A stretch of 64,000 nt of DNA, from NCBI GenBank assembly GCA_018898455.1, contig JAHIJO010000152.1, positions 2,737-66,736 on the forward strand, read 5' to 3'. Below, in pieces: positions 20,764 through 30,580 of the stretch. How positions within the stretch are numbered: the first letter of the stretch is position 1; every line of letters starts with the position of its first letter. This DNA is from Verrucomicrobiota bacterium. Lineage in GTDB: Bacteria; Verrucomicrobiota; Kiritimatiellia; JAAZAB01. The translations under genes were made by a program, and so were the position numbers. A model generated the notes under the pieces. That model saw nothing but the letters and a program-made list of their open reading frames with translations, did no database searches and was not told the origin of the DNA.

Positions 20764-20789
20764 CCACGGCAACGCCCTTGCATCTTAAC

Positions 20790-20820
20790 TGTAACCGCCG
20801 TCCGCTTCCCGCCGACTAAT
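20790..20820 (+). promoter_or_regulatory. Putative ECF-sigma-dependent promoter TGTAACC-N17-GACTAAT upstream of the OMP/RND operon
   Basis: Identical -35/-10 elements and 17-nt spacer to the 19350-19380 site. Confidence 0.55.
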
Positions 20821-20902
20821 ACTGGTAACACCCGCATGGCATCCATCGGACAAGGCCGAGGAACAGCGGGGCATTGCATATTTTTGAGGAGATCAATCGA
20901 CC

Positions 20903-22126
20903 GTGATATACCGATTCATGGCGGGCACCTGGCTATGCCTGCTGTCCATATTATCCGTATCCCGGGCGGGTGAGGTCAGTTTCACCGGGGCATACGCAAT
21001 GGCCGTGGCGCAAAGCGAATCGCTTCAGATCAGCGTGGCGGAGTGGCGCGCGGCCGAAGCCCGTTATCGTCAAGCGCTGGGCGCGATGTGGCCGGAAGTG
21101 AACGCCAAGGGCGAGGCCAACTGGAACGACACAAGTGACTTTTACCGGGCGGGGTTGGGCGGAAGTTGGACCGTGTTTGACGGCTTCCGCAAAGCGCGTT
21201 TGGCAGACGCCAGGCAAGCGGACGGACTTGCCCGTTCCCACGATGCGGAGTATGCGCGCCTGCTGCTCTACGAGGATGTCGCGGATGTTTTCTACCAGGT
21301 CCTGTCGTTCCAGGACCAGCGGACAGCATCGCGGGAACAACTCAAGGCCCTGGAGAGCCGGGCCGTGGAGCTGGAACGCAGGATAAAAATCGGGCGCTCG
21401 AAGCGATCCGACCTGTTAATGACATCCAACCAGATAGCAGAAACACGCCTGATGATCGAACAACTCAACCAGGCATGTGCGGCGACGTTGGAACTGCTGG
21501 CGTTCGTGACCGGAAAACCAGCATCCGATCTCCAGGTGGTTGATCAGACGCCGCTCCCCGCAATCGGCGAAGTGAACAAATATCTTGCAACCGCAGCAAC
21601 CCGGGATGACATCAAGGCCCGCGAGGCCAGCGTGAATGCCTCGCGATCGGATCTGGGGGCAGCCAAGTCGGACCGCGCGCCCAAGGTGACTTTGGATGGA
21701 AATGGCTATCCCTTGCGCGCCCCCCAGGACCAGGGCGAGTGGGACCTGGTCCTGCGCCTGGAAATGCCCCTGTTCGACGGGGGGATACGTTCGGCACGCG
21801 TTGCGGAAGCAGGACAGGCCCTTAGGATCAGCGAACTGCGCCTGGCGGAACTGCGGCGATCTTCGGAACGGGACGTCAGGCAGGCCTATCAGTCGTTGTT
21901 TTACGAACTGAGGCAGTGGTCCGAACTGCAGACGGGGATCGGAGTCGCCACCGAAACACTGGCGCTCTTCCAGAGGGATTATGAGCTGGGACGTGTCAAC
22001 AACCTCGACGTGCTCACGGCCTTGGTGCAGTTCTGGGGGATGCGCCGGCGTGAGGCGGCCCTTGCTCATCAACTTCGCGCCGAGATGATCCATCTCCACG
22101 TAGCCGCTGGAAAGGCATCGCCATGA
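20903..22126 (+). CDS. TolC-like outer membrane efflux protein (OEP family)
   Basis: Signal peptide and two OEP repeats (LLAFVTGKPASDL, FDGG...EV..AY..L). 4-bp overlap with the RND gene. Confidence 0.8.
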   Translation: MIYRFMAGTWLCLLSILSVSRAGEVSFTGAYAMAVAQSESLQISVAEWRAAEARYRQALGAMWPEVNAKGEANWNDTSDFYRAGLGGSWTVFDGFRKARLADARQADGLARSHDAEYARLLLYEDVADVFYQVLSFQDQRTASREQLKALESRAVELERRIKIGRSKRSDLLMTSNQIAETRLMIEQLNQACAATLELLAFVTGKPASDLQVVDQTPLPAIGEVNKYLATAATRDDIKAREASVNASRSDLGAAKSDRAPKVTLDGNGYPLRAPQDQGEWDLVLRLEMPLFDGGIRSARVAEAGQALRISELRLAELRRSSERDVRQAYQSLFYELRQWSELQTGIGVATETLALFQRDYELGRVNNLDVLTALVQFWGMRRREAALAHQLRAEMIHLHVAAGKASP

Positions 22127-25100
22127 CGCTATCCGACCTCTCCATTCATCGTCCCGTCTTTGCCTGGATGCTCATGTTCGGCCTGATCGTATTCGGCGCA
22201 ATCAGCCTGAACAGGATGGGCATCAGTCAGATGCCCGACGTTGATTTTCCCGTTCTCGGAGTTCGTGTTTCCTGGGAGGGCGCCGCCCCCGAGATCATGG
22301 AATCCGAACTCGTTGACAAGATCGAGCAGCTTGTGATCGCCGTGGACGGAGTGAAGGAAATCCGCTCGACCATCCAGCAGGGACAGGCAAACGTCGAACT
22401 GGAATTCGAACTCAGTCGCGATATTGACGCCGCCCTGCAGGAGGTCCAGGGGGCGCTGGCCGAACTGCGCCTGCCGTTGAACGTGAATCCTCCGGTTATC
22501 CAGAAGAATACCACCGAGGGTGAGCCAGTGCTTCGCATCGGGGTGTCCGGCGCGCAATCACCGCGCGAACTGGTTGATTACGTCGAGACATTCCTGCTGG
22601 ATCAACTGCAGGTCATTCCCGGCGTGGGGGAAGTCGCGCTTTTCGGGTTTGGCCAGCGCAACCTGCGCCTCTGGGTGGACACCAAGAAGCTCCAGGAATA
22701 CGAGTTGACCATCCTCGATCTCCAACAGGCCATCGAGCAGGAGCACACTGAACTGGCAGCCGGATATATAGAAAACTCCAAGGAAGAAATGAATCTCAGG
22801 ACCATGGGGGAAGGCCTTACCGTTGAGCAGGTCGCCAACATCCCCATCTCGCATCGAGGCGGACAACCGATCCAGGATGCCACGATTCTCCTCAAGGACG
22901 TGTCCAGGATCGAAGACGGCTTGAGCGACGTGCGTCGCCTCGTGCGGATTTCCGGCGAGCCGGGCTTGGTCATCGGGATCAGCAAACAGCGCGGGGCCAA
23001 TGAAGTGGAGGTCGGGCGCCGGGTCCGGGCGCGCTTGGATGAACTCCAGCCGTCGCTGCCCAAGGGCATGAAACTTCAGGTTAACGCGGATTTCACCCGC
23101 GCCGTGGAACAGGCCGTGAAAGCAACGGAGCACGAGCTGGTGATTGCCGCCATGTTGACGGCCCTGATTTGTTTCCTGTTCCTCGGAACATGGAGCTCGG
23201 GCTTCAATATTATCCTCGCCATCCCGACCTCTATTATCGGCACGTTCTCCATCCTCTATTTTGCGGGGTTCACGCTCAATACCTTCACGCTCCTCGGTCT
23301 GGCGCTGGCCATCGGCATTGTGGTTGACGATGCGATCATGGTCCTTGAGAACATTGTCCGTCATTTCGAGATGGGGAAAAATAAAGTCAAGGCGGCCGAA
23401 GACGGATCACGGGAAATCATATTTGCCGCCGTGGCCACGACGGCGGCCGTCGTGGCGATCTTCCTGCCGGTGGCGTTCATGTCGGGAGTGATCGGCCGGT
23501 TCTTCTTCCAATTCGGCGTGACCATGACGGCGGCGGTTGCCTTGTCGCTGCTGGAAGCCGTCACCCTGACCCCCATGCGACTCTCCATGATGATGTCGCG
23601 GCGCAAGCAGGTCAGCTGGCTGGAACGGCACTCCAGTGCTTTGTTCAACGGGTTAAGTCACGCCTATGGCTGGCTCCTGCCCCGGGCCTTGCGGTGGCGC
23701 TGGGGCGTGTTGGCCGGCGCCCTGGTCATCTTTCTCGCCTCCTTGTGGCTGGGAACTGCGCTGCGCCAGGAATTCGTGCCCTCCCAGGACATGTCTTACA
23801 TCGGGGTCAGCCTCCGGGCTCCGGTCGGATCGTCCCTGGCCCTGACCGATACGCGAGTACGCGAGGTGGAGTCGTACTTCAAGAAACGCCCGGAGATTCT
23901 GAGATCGTTTACCATGGTGAGCAGTGGAGGTCAGGCGCATATGGGACTCACGCTGGTCGAACGCAATCAGCGCAAGAAAACCCAGGCCGAACTGATGAAC
24001 GAGTTTCGGCGGGATCTCGAGCCGATCAAGGGATTACGCATCTCGTTCCAGGATATGTCGGCCCGCGGCCTCACGGCGCGGCATCGTAGTCAACCCGTTG
24101 AGTTCAATCTCAGGGGGGCCGACTACGCCGTACTGGAGTCAATCTCCCGGGAAATCATGGCCCGGCTGGAGAAGACCGGCCTGGTTGTCGACCTGGACAA
24201 CAACTACCGCACCGGCATGCCGGAAGTCAGGATCATCCCGGACCGGCAGGCCGCCGCCGCGCGGGGTGTGACGATGGAGGCTATAGGCCGGACGGTAAAC
24301 GCCGCCATGGGCGGCATCCGTCAGGGGAAATTCACCCGGGACGGACGCCGCTATGATATCCGTCTGCGTCTGACGCCGGAAGACCGGCTGATTGCGGACG
24401 ATGTAAACACCCTGGCGGTTCGCAATTCATATGGGGAACTCATCCCCTTGGAAGATGTGATGCGCCTGGAGACTGTCAAAACCCTGCAGAACATAAGCCG
24501 CATCAACCGCCAGCGCTCGATCTCGGTGACCGCCAACCTGGCCGCCGGCGCCTCACAAGCCAGGGCCCTGGAGGAGGCCGAGAAGATTGCACGGGGAATC
24601 CTGCCGCCCGGTTACACCTTCAACCTGGAGGGCGGCGCAAAAACATTCAGCGAATCATTCGGCGGGCTCTGGTTTGCCTTCGTGCTGGGCATTGTGGTGG
24701 CCTACATGGTCCTGGCTTCGCAGTTCAACAGCTTCATTCACCCCTTCACCGTCCTGCTGGCACTGCCGTTCAGCATTACCGGCGCGCTGGTAACCCTCTG
24801 GGGCGCCAACCAGTCGCTCAACCTCTACAGTGCCATCGGCGTCATCCTGCTGATGGGGATTGTGAAGAAAAACTCGATTCTTCTGGTCGAGTTCATGAAC
24901 CGCAAGCGCGCCGAGGGCATGCCGTTGATCGAGGCGATCTTGACGGCAGCCCCGATACGACTGAGACCGATCCTGATGACATCCGTCGCCACCATGGCGG
25001 CGGCGTTTCCCATCGCGCTGGGGATCGGCACCGGGGCGGAAACACGGCAACCCATGGCGCTGGCCATCATCGGCGGCGTCTTCGTATCCACCCTGTTCAC

Positions 25101-25173
25101 CCTGCTCGTCGTGCCCTGCGCATACTCCCTCTTGGCCCGATTCGAACGCGGCCGACACCCTCTGCCCCATTAA
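22123..25173 (+). CDS. RND efflux transporter permease (AcrB/CzcA superfamily)
   Basis: 1016 aa. 12-TM AcrB architecture, typical N-terminus (HRPVFAWMLM) and TM4 GIVVDDAIMVLENI. Confidence 0.9.
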   Translation: MTLSDLSIHRPVFAWMLMFGLIVFGAISLNRMGISQMPDVDFPVLGVRVSWEGAAPEIMESELVDKIEQLVIAVDGVKEIRSTIQQGQANVELEFELSRDIDAALQEVQGALAELRLPLNVNPPVIQKNTTEGEPVLRIGVSGAQSPRELVDYVETFLLDQLQVIPGVGEVALFGFGQRNLRLWVDTKKLQEYELTILDLQQAIEQEHTELAAGYIENSKEEMNLRTMGEGLTVEQVANIPISHRGGQPIQDATILLKDVSRIEDGLSDVRRLVRISGEPGLVIGISKQRGANEVEVGRRVRARLDELQPSLPKGMKLQVNADFTRAVEQAVKATEHELVIAAMLTALICFLFLGTWSSGFNIILAIPTSIIGTFSILYFAGFTLNTFTLLGLALAIGIVVDDAIMVLENIVRHFEMGKNKVKAAEDGSREIIFAAVATTAAVVAIFLPVAFMSGVIGRFFFQFGVTMTAAVALSLLEAVTLTPMRLSMMMSRRKQVSWLERHSSALFNGLSHAYGWLLPRALRWRWGVLAGALVIFLASLWLGTALRQEFVPSQDMSYIGVSLRAPVGSSLALTDTRVREVESYFKKRPEILRSFTMVSSGGQAHMGLTLVERNQRKKTQAELMNEFRRDLEPIKGLRISFQDMSARGLTARHRSQPVEFNLRGADYAVLESISREIMARLEKTGLVVDLDNNYRTGMPEVRIIPDRQAAAARGVTMEAIGRTVNAAMGGIRQGKFTRDGRRYDIRLRLTPEDRLIADDVNTLAVRNSYGELIPLEDVMRLETVKTLQNISRINRQRSISVTANLAAGASQARALEEAEKIARGILPPGYTFNLEGGAKTFSESFGGLWFAFVLGIVVAYMVLASQFNSFIHPFTVLLALPFSITGALVTLWGANQSLNLYSAIGVILLMGIVKKNSILLVEFMNRKRAEGMPLIEAILTAAPIRLRPILMTSVATMAAAFPIALGIGTGAETRQPMALAIIGGVFVSTLFTLLVVPCAYSLLARFERGRHPLPH

Positions 25174-25274
25174 CGAGGCGTAAAAGACGTTGACTTTTTA
25201 ATGCCAAACGGGCACTATTCATGTACACAACTTATCGAATGAATGATCATGAACCGATCAAAGCGGAGAATCCT

Positions 25275-25898
25275 ATGAAAACCATGTTGCGCATGATGCT
25301 GTTCACGCTGGTTGCCGCCTTTATTCTGGGGCTGAGCGGATGTGCGATGTTCCGGATCAAGGTCAAGGACGACGATGTGGCCAACATGCCGGCATTTGAC
25401 GCCAAGTATGGACCGCAGGATTTGCGTAAATTGAGCGAGGATGTCGCTGTGGAAATCGCCAATAGCACCTTTGTTAAAAATCTCCCCGGCAACCCAATCA
25501 TGATCATCTATGGGGTCCAGCCCCGGACGGAAACATTCGTGGATACCCAGGCGCTGACGGACCGCATCCGGACGACGCTGATGCAGAACAGTAAGATCCA
25601 GTTTGTCAACGAAAGCCGGCGCCAGGAGTTGATGAAGGAACAGGGATTCCAGGCGGCCAATACCACGGATGAAACCCGCACGGCGGTCGGCAAACAGCTG
25701 GGCGCCAAGTACATGATCACCGGCTCCCTGGTCGAGATGAAGAAGCAAACCGGCAAGCAGGCCCGCGTGTCAAAAAGCGAACTGGTGTATTACCAGTTGA
25801 CCCTGGAAATCACCGACATGGAAACAGGCATCATTGCCTGGGCCTGCGTCCCGAAAGAATTCGCACGCGAAGCGCGGACGCCACTGATCGGCTGGTAA
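25275..25898 (+). CDS. LpoB-like lipoprotein (penicillin-binding protein activator LpoB family)
   Basis: Lipobox LGLSGC. LpoB-like core (TETFVDTQALTDRIRTTLMQNSKIQFV...YMITGSL...YQLTLEITDMETGIIAW). Confidence 0.65.
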   Translation: MKTMLRMMLFTLVAAFILGLSGCAMFRIKVKDDDVANMPAFDAKYGPQDLRKLSEDVAVEIANSTFVKNLPGNPIMIIYGVQPRTETFVDTQALTDRIRTTLMQNSKIQFVNESRRQELMKEQGFQAANTTDETRTAVGKQLGAKYMITGSLVEMKKQTGKQARVSKSELVYYQLTLEITDMETGIIAWACVPKEFAREARTPLIGW

Positions 25899-26009
25899 GA
25901 CCGGCAACCCACGTCGATCTTAGAGCTTATCCGTAAATTACTTTGAGCATGACGCTGTTTGTTTTGCGGATTCCGCAAGGCGCCTGCAAGGGAGCATAAG
26001 CTCTTGTTC

Positions 26010-27185
26010 ATGATTTTCCGATATCCCATTTCCACCAGATATTCCCGGGGATGGCGCGTTGTTTTGTTCGCGCTCCTAGCCGGTCTCCTTGCCGGGTGTT
26101 CCACCCCGCCGCTGCAGACTGCCCGCGAAAATTTCCATGTGGGCCGGTTTCAACAGGCAAACCAGAATCTTGCCGCCATTCCCGAAGATGACAAGGACGC
26201 CGTCCTGTATCTCATGGAACGCGGGATGATCCGCCAGGCCTTGGGGCAGTATGATGCCAGTTCCGCGGATTGGCGGAAAGCGGCCGAAAAGAATGATCTA
26301 CTCGAAACGTATAGTGTATCCCAGGGGGCCGTCAGCCTAATTGCCAACGATCGGGTCCTGTCATTCCGGGGAGCGCCATTCGAGCGGACCCTTCTTTACG
26401 CTTTCCTGGCAAAGAACTACCTGGCCCAGAAAAATTGGGACTATGCCGCGATCTGTGCGCGAAATATTATCCGGCGGCTCGATAATAATGACGGTTTCCC
26501 GGACATTCCCTATGGTCGTTACATGGCCGGATTCTGCATGGAAATGATTAATGATGAAGGCAACGCCGCCATCCAGTATAAAACGGTGTCCAAACTGCTG
26601 CCGGATATCGTGGTCGATGAAGACACGGGTCTGTTGTATCCCCGGAATTTGAAGGACAGCCGTTCCCCGCAAACGGACAAGGGATGGCGAAACGAACTAA
26701 TCTGTTTTGTATTGATCGGCCGAATTCCCACCGGTGAAAACCCCAGCGTATTCCCGACGGGAGAAGCGCCGTATGCTGAATTGTATTGCACCAATCTTTA
26801 CCTGGGACGCAGTGTTCCCCTGGCCAATATGGCCGATCTGATCTCAGCCACCACGAAGCGCACAGCCATGATTCAGATGGCCAAGGACGCGACTCGCGTC
26901 GCCGTTAAAATCGGGATCTCCCAGGCGATCAAACAGCAAAACGAAGCCTTGGGCTTCCTCACAGAATTGCTCCTGTTTTCCATGGAACAGCCCGACACCC
27001 GCCGCTGGGAAACCCTGCCGTTATGGCTGGAAGTGGCCCGGCTCCCCTGCCCGCCCAATCCGACCGAGATCAAGGTAGTGTTTAAAGACGCCGGACATCA
27101 TACGCTGGGAACAACCGTCATCACGACGCCTATTGTGCGGCGCGGCAACCTGTATATCACCTTTTGCCGCGATGCGGGAAATTAA
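26010..27185 (+). CDS. Lipoprotein of unknown function (TPR-like N-terminus)
   Basis: Lipobox LLAGCS. No catalytic motifs. Alternative upstream start at 25959. Confidence 0.5.
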   Translation: MIFRYPISTRYSRGWRVVLFALLAGLLAGCSTPPLQTARENFHVGRFQQANQNLAAIPEDDKDAVLYLMERGMIRQALGQYDASSADWRKAAEKNDLLETYSVSQGAVSLIANDRVLSFRGAPFERTLLYAFLAKNYLAQKNWDYAAICARNIIRRLDNNDGFPDIPYGRYMAGFCMEMINDEGNAAIQYKTVSKLLPDIVVDEDTGLLYPRNLKDSRSPQTDKGWRNELICFVLIGRIPTGENPSVFPTGEAPYAELYCTNLYLGRSVPLANMADLISATTKRTAMIQMAKDATRVAVKIGISQAIKQQNEALGFLTELLLFSMEQPDTRRWETLPLWLEVARLPCPPNPTEIKVVFKDAGHHTLGTTVITTPIVRRGNLYITFCRDAGN

Positions 27186-27226
27186 AGAATAACGGTTTCA
27201 TGACCTCAACGGATTCTTCCGCTCGA

Positions 27227-28180
27227 TCACTTCCCTGAATCAATCGTGTTGATGATCCAGGCGGGCTCGACACCGCCGGTGCCGGCAATGACGTTGACCC
27301 GGGCCTTATCCAGCACCTCTTTCATTTCCTCGGCGCTTAGCTTGGTGCGGAAGAGCGGCACTTCGATGGCCGTATCGGCTTGGAGCAGTATCTGCTTGCT
27401 GATATCCTGGTAACCGGCCTTGCCGATCGTAATCACGTGGTCGCCGGCATACACCTGGAAATTCGCCAGGGGCGTCGTGCCGATCAGCATGCCGTCAATC
27501 TCCACCATGGCCGGATCCGCCGCTCCGGCTTTGATCGAAAGCTTGACCTTTGGCCGGCTGTTCTGCTGGGCCAGACGCGCCTGCAGTTTATCGTTCAAGG
27601 CCGGCACCGCCTTGGCCAGGGCCGACTGCAATAATTGCACGAGTTCATCCTCGCCCACCACCGTCTGATGTACATCCGACTGCCGGAAACTGCGGTTGGC
27701 GGCGCCTTCCATCATGGCGATCACCGTGCCGTCACGGGTATCCAGCGCTTGGAGGCTTACACGCAGGGTCAAGGTTTGAAATTCGGTCTTGATCCCTCCC
27801 TGGTTCACCGTTTCCTTGCCGGGCGAATAACTCAGCAGGTTTCCGCGCAAAACTACGTCCGCGTTCACCGCCTGGGCCGCCCGCAGGAAGGACGGCTTGA
27901 CCGAGGTTTTTTTATCGTTATCGGTCAAGGCCAGCGACTGGATCTGGCTGATAAATTCCCGACGGTCAATAAGCACGTAGGCCGGGTCATTGGCCAGCAA
28001 GGCGCCCAGCGCAAAAACGCCCTTGTCAGTCAGGGCTTTGGGCGTCACACCGCCGACCACGGCGGCATCCGAAGAAACGCTGGCTTGATTGTCAAAATCC
28101 AGGAGCGCTACCCGCAACGGTTCCCCCGCCATGACCGCTGAAGCCGCCGCCAATATCCCCGCTAATCCAATGGCTTTCAT
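27227..28180 (-). CDS. Secreted CsgG/LpoB-fold-like protein with C-terminal PEGA domain
   Basis: Signal peptide. N-terminal RVALLDFDN...LTDKGVFALGAL...VLIDRREF (CsgG/TolB-N-like) and C-terminal VEIDGMLIGTTPL...AGDHVITIGKAGY (PEGA). Confidence 0.5.
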   Translation of the reverse strand: MKAIGLAGILAAASAVMAGEPLRVALLDFDNQASVSSDAAVVGGVTPKALTDKGVFALGALLANDPAYVLIDRREFISQIQSLALTDNDKKTSVKPSFLRAAQAVNADVVLRGNLLSYSPGKETVNQGGIKTEFQTLTLRVSLQALDTRDGTVIAMMEGAANRSFRQSDVHQTVVGEDELVQLLQSALAKAVPALNDKLQARLAQQNSRPKVKLSIKAGAADPAMVEIDGMLIGTTPLANFQVYAGDHVITIGKAGYQDISKQILLQADTAIEVPLFRTKLSAEEMKEVLDKARVNVIAGTGGVEPAWIINTIDSGK

Positions 28181-28229
28181 GATGGAGTTCTCCTTTTTAT
28201 AATGGCCAACTGCCTTGTCGGGTTACTGA

Positions 28230-28757
28230 TCAATGACTGCGCAGAAAATAGAGCAACCAAGTCAACAAGGCCACCACCGCAATCAACATGAGAATCGCCT
28301 TGTTCCTTACAACCCGGCCTTCCTGCCGGGACGGACGAAGATTCTGAAAATGCCCGGCCATGAAATAATGGGCAAATTTTTCCCGGCCGGACCGGGGATC
28401 CAGGGTCCGCAGAGGCGGCGCAGAACGGGATTGCCCCGCATTTTTTGCAGGCAACCCCGGAAATAAATCCAACGGTTTCGTCACAGCCGGCGCCCCTCTG
28501 ACCGCAACATGCGCGAACAAGTCACCTTCAGGCAGATCGCCGCCGGCCACAGGAGCAACACCAGCAGACGGCTCAAAACCCGCTGGCGGTGACGGTGTCA
28601 CCCCTAATGGAACCGATGATGTGCCGGGCGGCGGCCCGAAGATTTCCGGACTGGAACTGGACACCGTCTTGAGGTCCCGGCCCAAGCGGGCCATCTCCTT
28701 ATGAAGTTCCTCAAGCCGCCGGTCAATCGGGGACTTTTTTTTCCGATGAAACACCAT
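28230..28757 (-). CDS. Hypothetical Pro-rich protein with C-terminal TM anchor
   Basis: ORF shortened to MVFHRKKK to remove overlap. C-terminal AILMLIAVVALLTWLLYFL helix. Confidence 0.35.
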   Translation of the reverse strand: MVFHRKKKSPIDRRLEELHKEMARLGRDLKTVSSSSPEIFGPPPGTSSVPLGVTPSPPAGFEPSAGVAPVAGGDLPEGDLFAHVAVRGAPAVTKPLDLFPGLPAKNAGQSRSAPPLRTLDPRSGREKFAHYFMAGHFQNLRPSRQEGRVVRNKAILMLIAVVALLTWLLYFLRSH

Positions 28758-28777
28758 AACTCTAATCCGGACGGGAT

Positions 28778-29509
28778 TTAATACAGTTTGACGATCAGAA
28801 CACCGATCAACACGGCCAGAACAAAAGTAACCGGCAGGCTCACGGCAAATCCAATTTTCAGCCATTCGGCGAAACTGCGCTGGCGCAAGGATTGCCCCAG
28901 CATGTCGTCATAAAGCAGCGGCTTCCCTCCTGGGATTCCCGTGCCGCCCTCTTGTAAAATATCCACCCGTGCCAGGGCCTTGTTGTATTCCTTGCGAGTA
29001 TTCTCCACAACGGCAAGAGTCTTGGTCAATTCCTCACGATAACTGGCGCTGTCGGATGGCCACTGTTCCTCCGCGAAACCGCGCAAGCTGCCCAGTAGTT
29101 CCTTGAACCGTTTTTCCGTCTCCGCCAACAGTTCCATCCGCTGGTTGAGAATGATTTCCTCTCGTTCCAACGACACAAGGCTATGATCGAGGTGATCGAT
29201 CATTTCGCGTTTGCCGGTTTCGTATTTTTCCTGAGTGGTCCGCAAATGCTCCAATGAGCTTTTTTCACGCTCCAGCGCCTCCTGCCGGGAACGCAGGCGC
29301 TCCAATTCATCTAATTTGGTCGCCACCTGACTGTTGATTTCCTCTTTGCGCTGGGTCAACGGCGTCAGATTGAGTTCCTGGACGGGGACGGCTTCCGACT
29401 GCGGCACATCCACGGAGTCCGCCGCCTCGTGGACCGGCCCCATTTTCACTTCCTTGACGGCATCACGCCGCTGGATCAAATCGTCGTCAAAATAATCCTT
29501 ATTACTCAT
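28778..29509 (-). CDS. Hypothetical coiled-coil protein with C-terminal TM anchor
   Basis: Long heptad-rich region and C-terminal IGFAVSLPVTFVLAVLIGVLIV helix. Confidence 0.45.
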   Translation of the reverse strand: MSNKDYFDDDLIQRRDAVKEVKMGPVHEAADSVDVPQSEAVPVQELNLTPLTQRKEEINSQVATKLDELERLRSRQEALEREKSSLEHLRTTQEKYETGKREMIDHLDHSLVSLEREEIILNQRMELLAETEKRFKELLGSLRGFAEEQWPSDSASYREELTKTLAVVENTRKEYNKALARVDILQEGGTGIPGGKPLLYDDMLGQSLRQRSFAEWLKIGFAVSLPVTFVLAVLIGVLIVKLY

Positions 29510-29544
29510 GGTCGCCTCCTGTGTTTCTAATGATGATCAGATCC

Positions 29545-30288
29545 TTAGGGAATGATTAGCGCCTGGCCCAAGCGCAACTTGTCCGGACTCGACAATTTGT
29601 CACGGTTGGCCTCGTAAATCACCTTCCATTTGCCGGGATTATGATAAACCTTTGCCGCGATCATGGACAAGGTTTCATGCTCCTGTACCCGGTACACTTG
29701 ACCGGTCGTCGAGCCCGGCATGGATTGCGGCTTATCATTCATCGCCGATAGGGATGATTTTTCGGAGGCACCGGCCGTTGTCGGGACGGGAGCGCCTGTA
29801 ACCCGTTTGGCCAGGTTGTCGCGAACCGTCCGCAGTTCATTTTTCAACCGGGTATTTTCTTCCTGAAGGGCCGCCAATTTTTCCGAATAACCGGGCAATT
29901 GCTCAGCGAGGGCAGCGGCCAACGCCAACCGGGCCTTCCGGATCAGGTCCTGGATCATTTCCTTCTTTTCAGTGTCCGGGCGCAATTCCAGGTAACGCTG
30001 ATAATGATAAATCGCTCGAACGTAATCTTTCTTATAGTCATCGTAAAGCAATCCGGCATCGAGATGGGACTGGGCCAAACCGGGACGTTTGTCCAAGGCC
30101 TTGTTAAGATATTCAAGCGAGCCTTCCCGATCCCCCTGATCTGCCTTGGCTTTTGCTTTCCGGATCAGCGGATCCCGGAGTTCTGAAATGTCAACTCTTG
30201 CCGTATTCTGATCGCATCCGACAAGAAACAGGACCAGGGTCAACACCAGAACGCCAAACTGCCCGCTCCTGAGATGATCGAAAGACAT
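29545..30288 (-). CDS. TPR-repeat / LysM-domain lipoprotein
   Basis: Lipobox LVGC. TPR-like helices and C-terminal LysM (YRVQEHETLSMIAAKVY...ANRDKL...LRLGQALIIP). Confidence 0.65.
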   Translation of the reverse strand: MSFDHLRSGQFGVLVLTLVLFLVGCDQNTARVDISELRDPLIRKAKAKADQGDREGSLEYLNKALDKRPGLAQSHLDAGLLYDDYKKDYVRAIYHYQRYLELRPDTEKKEMIQDLIRKARLALAAALAEQLPGYSEKLAALQEENTRLKNELRTVRDNLAKRVTGAPVPTTAGASEKSSLSAMNDKPQSMPGSTTGQVYRVQEHETLSMIAAKVYHNPGKWKVIYEANRDKLSSPDKLRLGQALIIP

Positions 30289-30580
30289 CCGGGTTCGCTC
30301 CTCAAGCCAAACAGCAGAAACCAATACACAAGATGCTGCGCCAATCCAATGTAATCAGCACCTCTATGGATAGAAACAATGATTGCCTTATATACCAATG
30401 CCCCTTGTCATGCAAGCCGAATTCAGACGGCAATATGGATGTTTTTCCTCGACCGATCTCAACGTCTGCGATACTGTTATGTTGAGCACGCCGAAAGGCG
30501 CAAGAATCATAGTGTATCAGTCCGGATCAACCGGGCCATGGCTCTACGCTCCGCTATGGAGACAAGAGAAACCGGCGTCG

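Noticed and set aside
22126-22126. A hidden membrane-fusion protein gene between the TolC-like and RND genes
   Set aside because: The two genes overlap by 4 bp (22123-22126), so there is no space. No HlyD-like ORF occurs in any frame across 19.4-25.2 kb.
25174-25274. TTGACT ... TATTCA as a sigma70 promoter for the LpoB-like gene
   Set aside because: The spacer between the candidate hexamers is about 20 nt, too long for a canonical promoter, so it was not reported as a feature.
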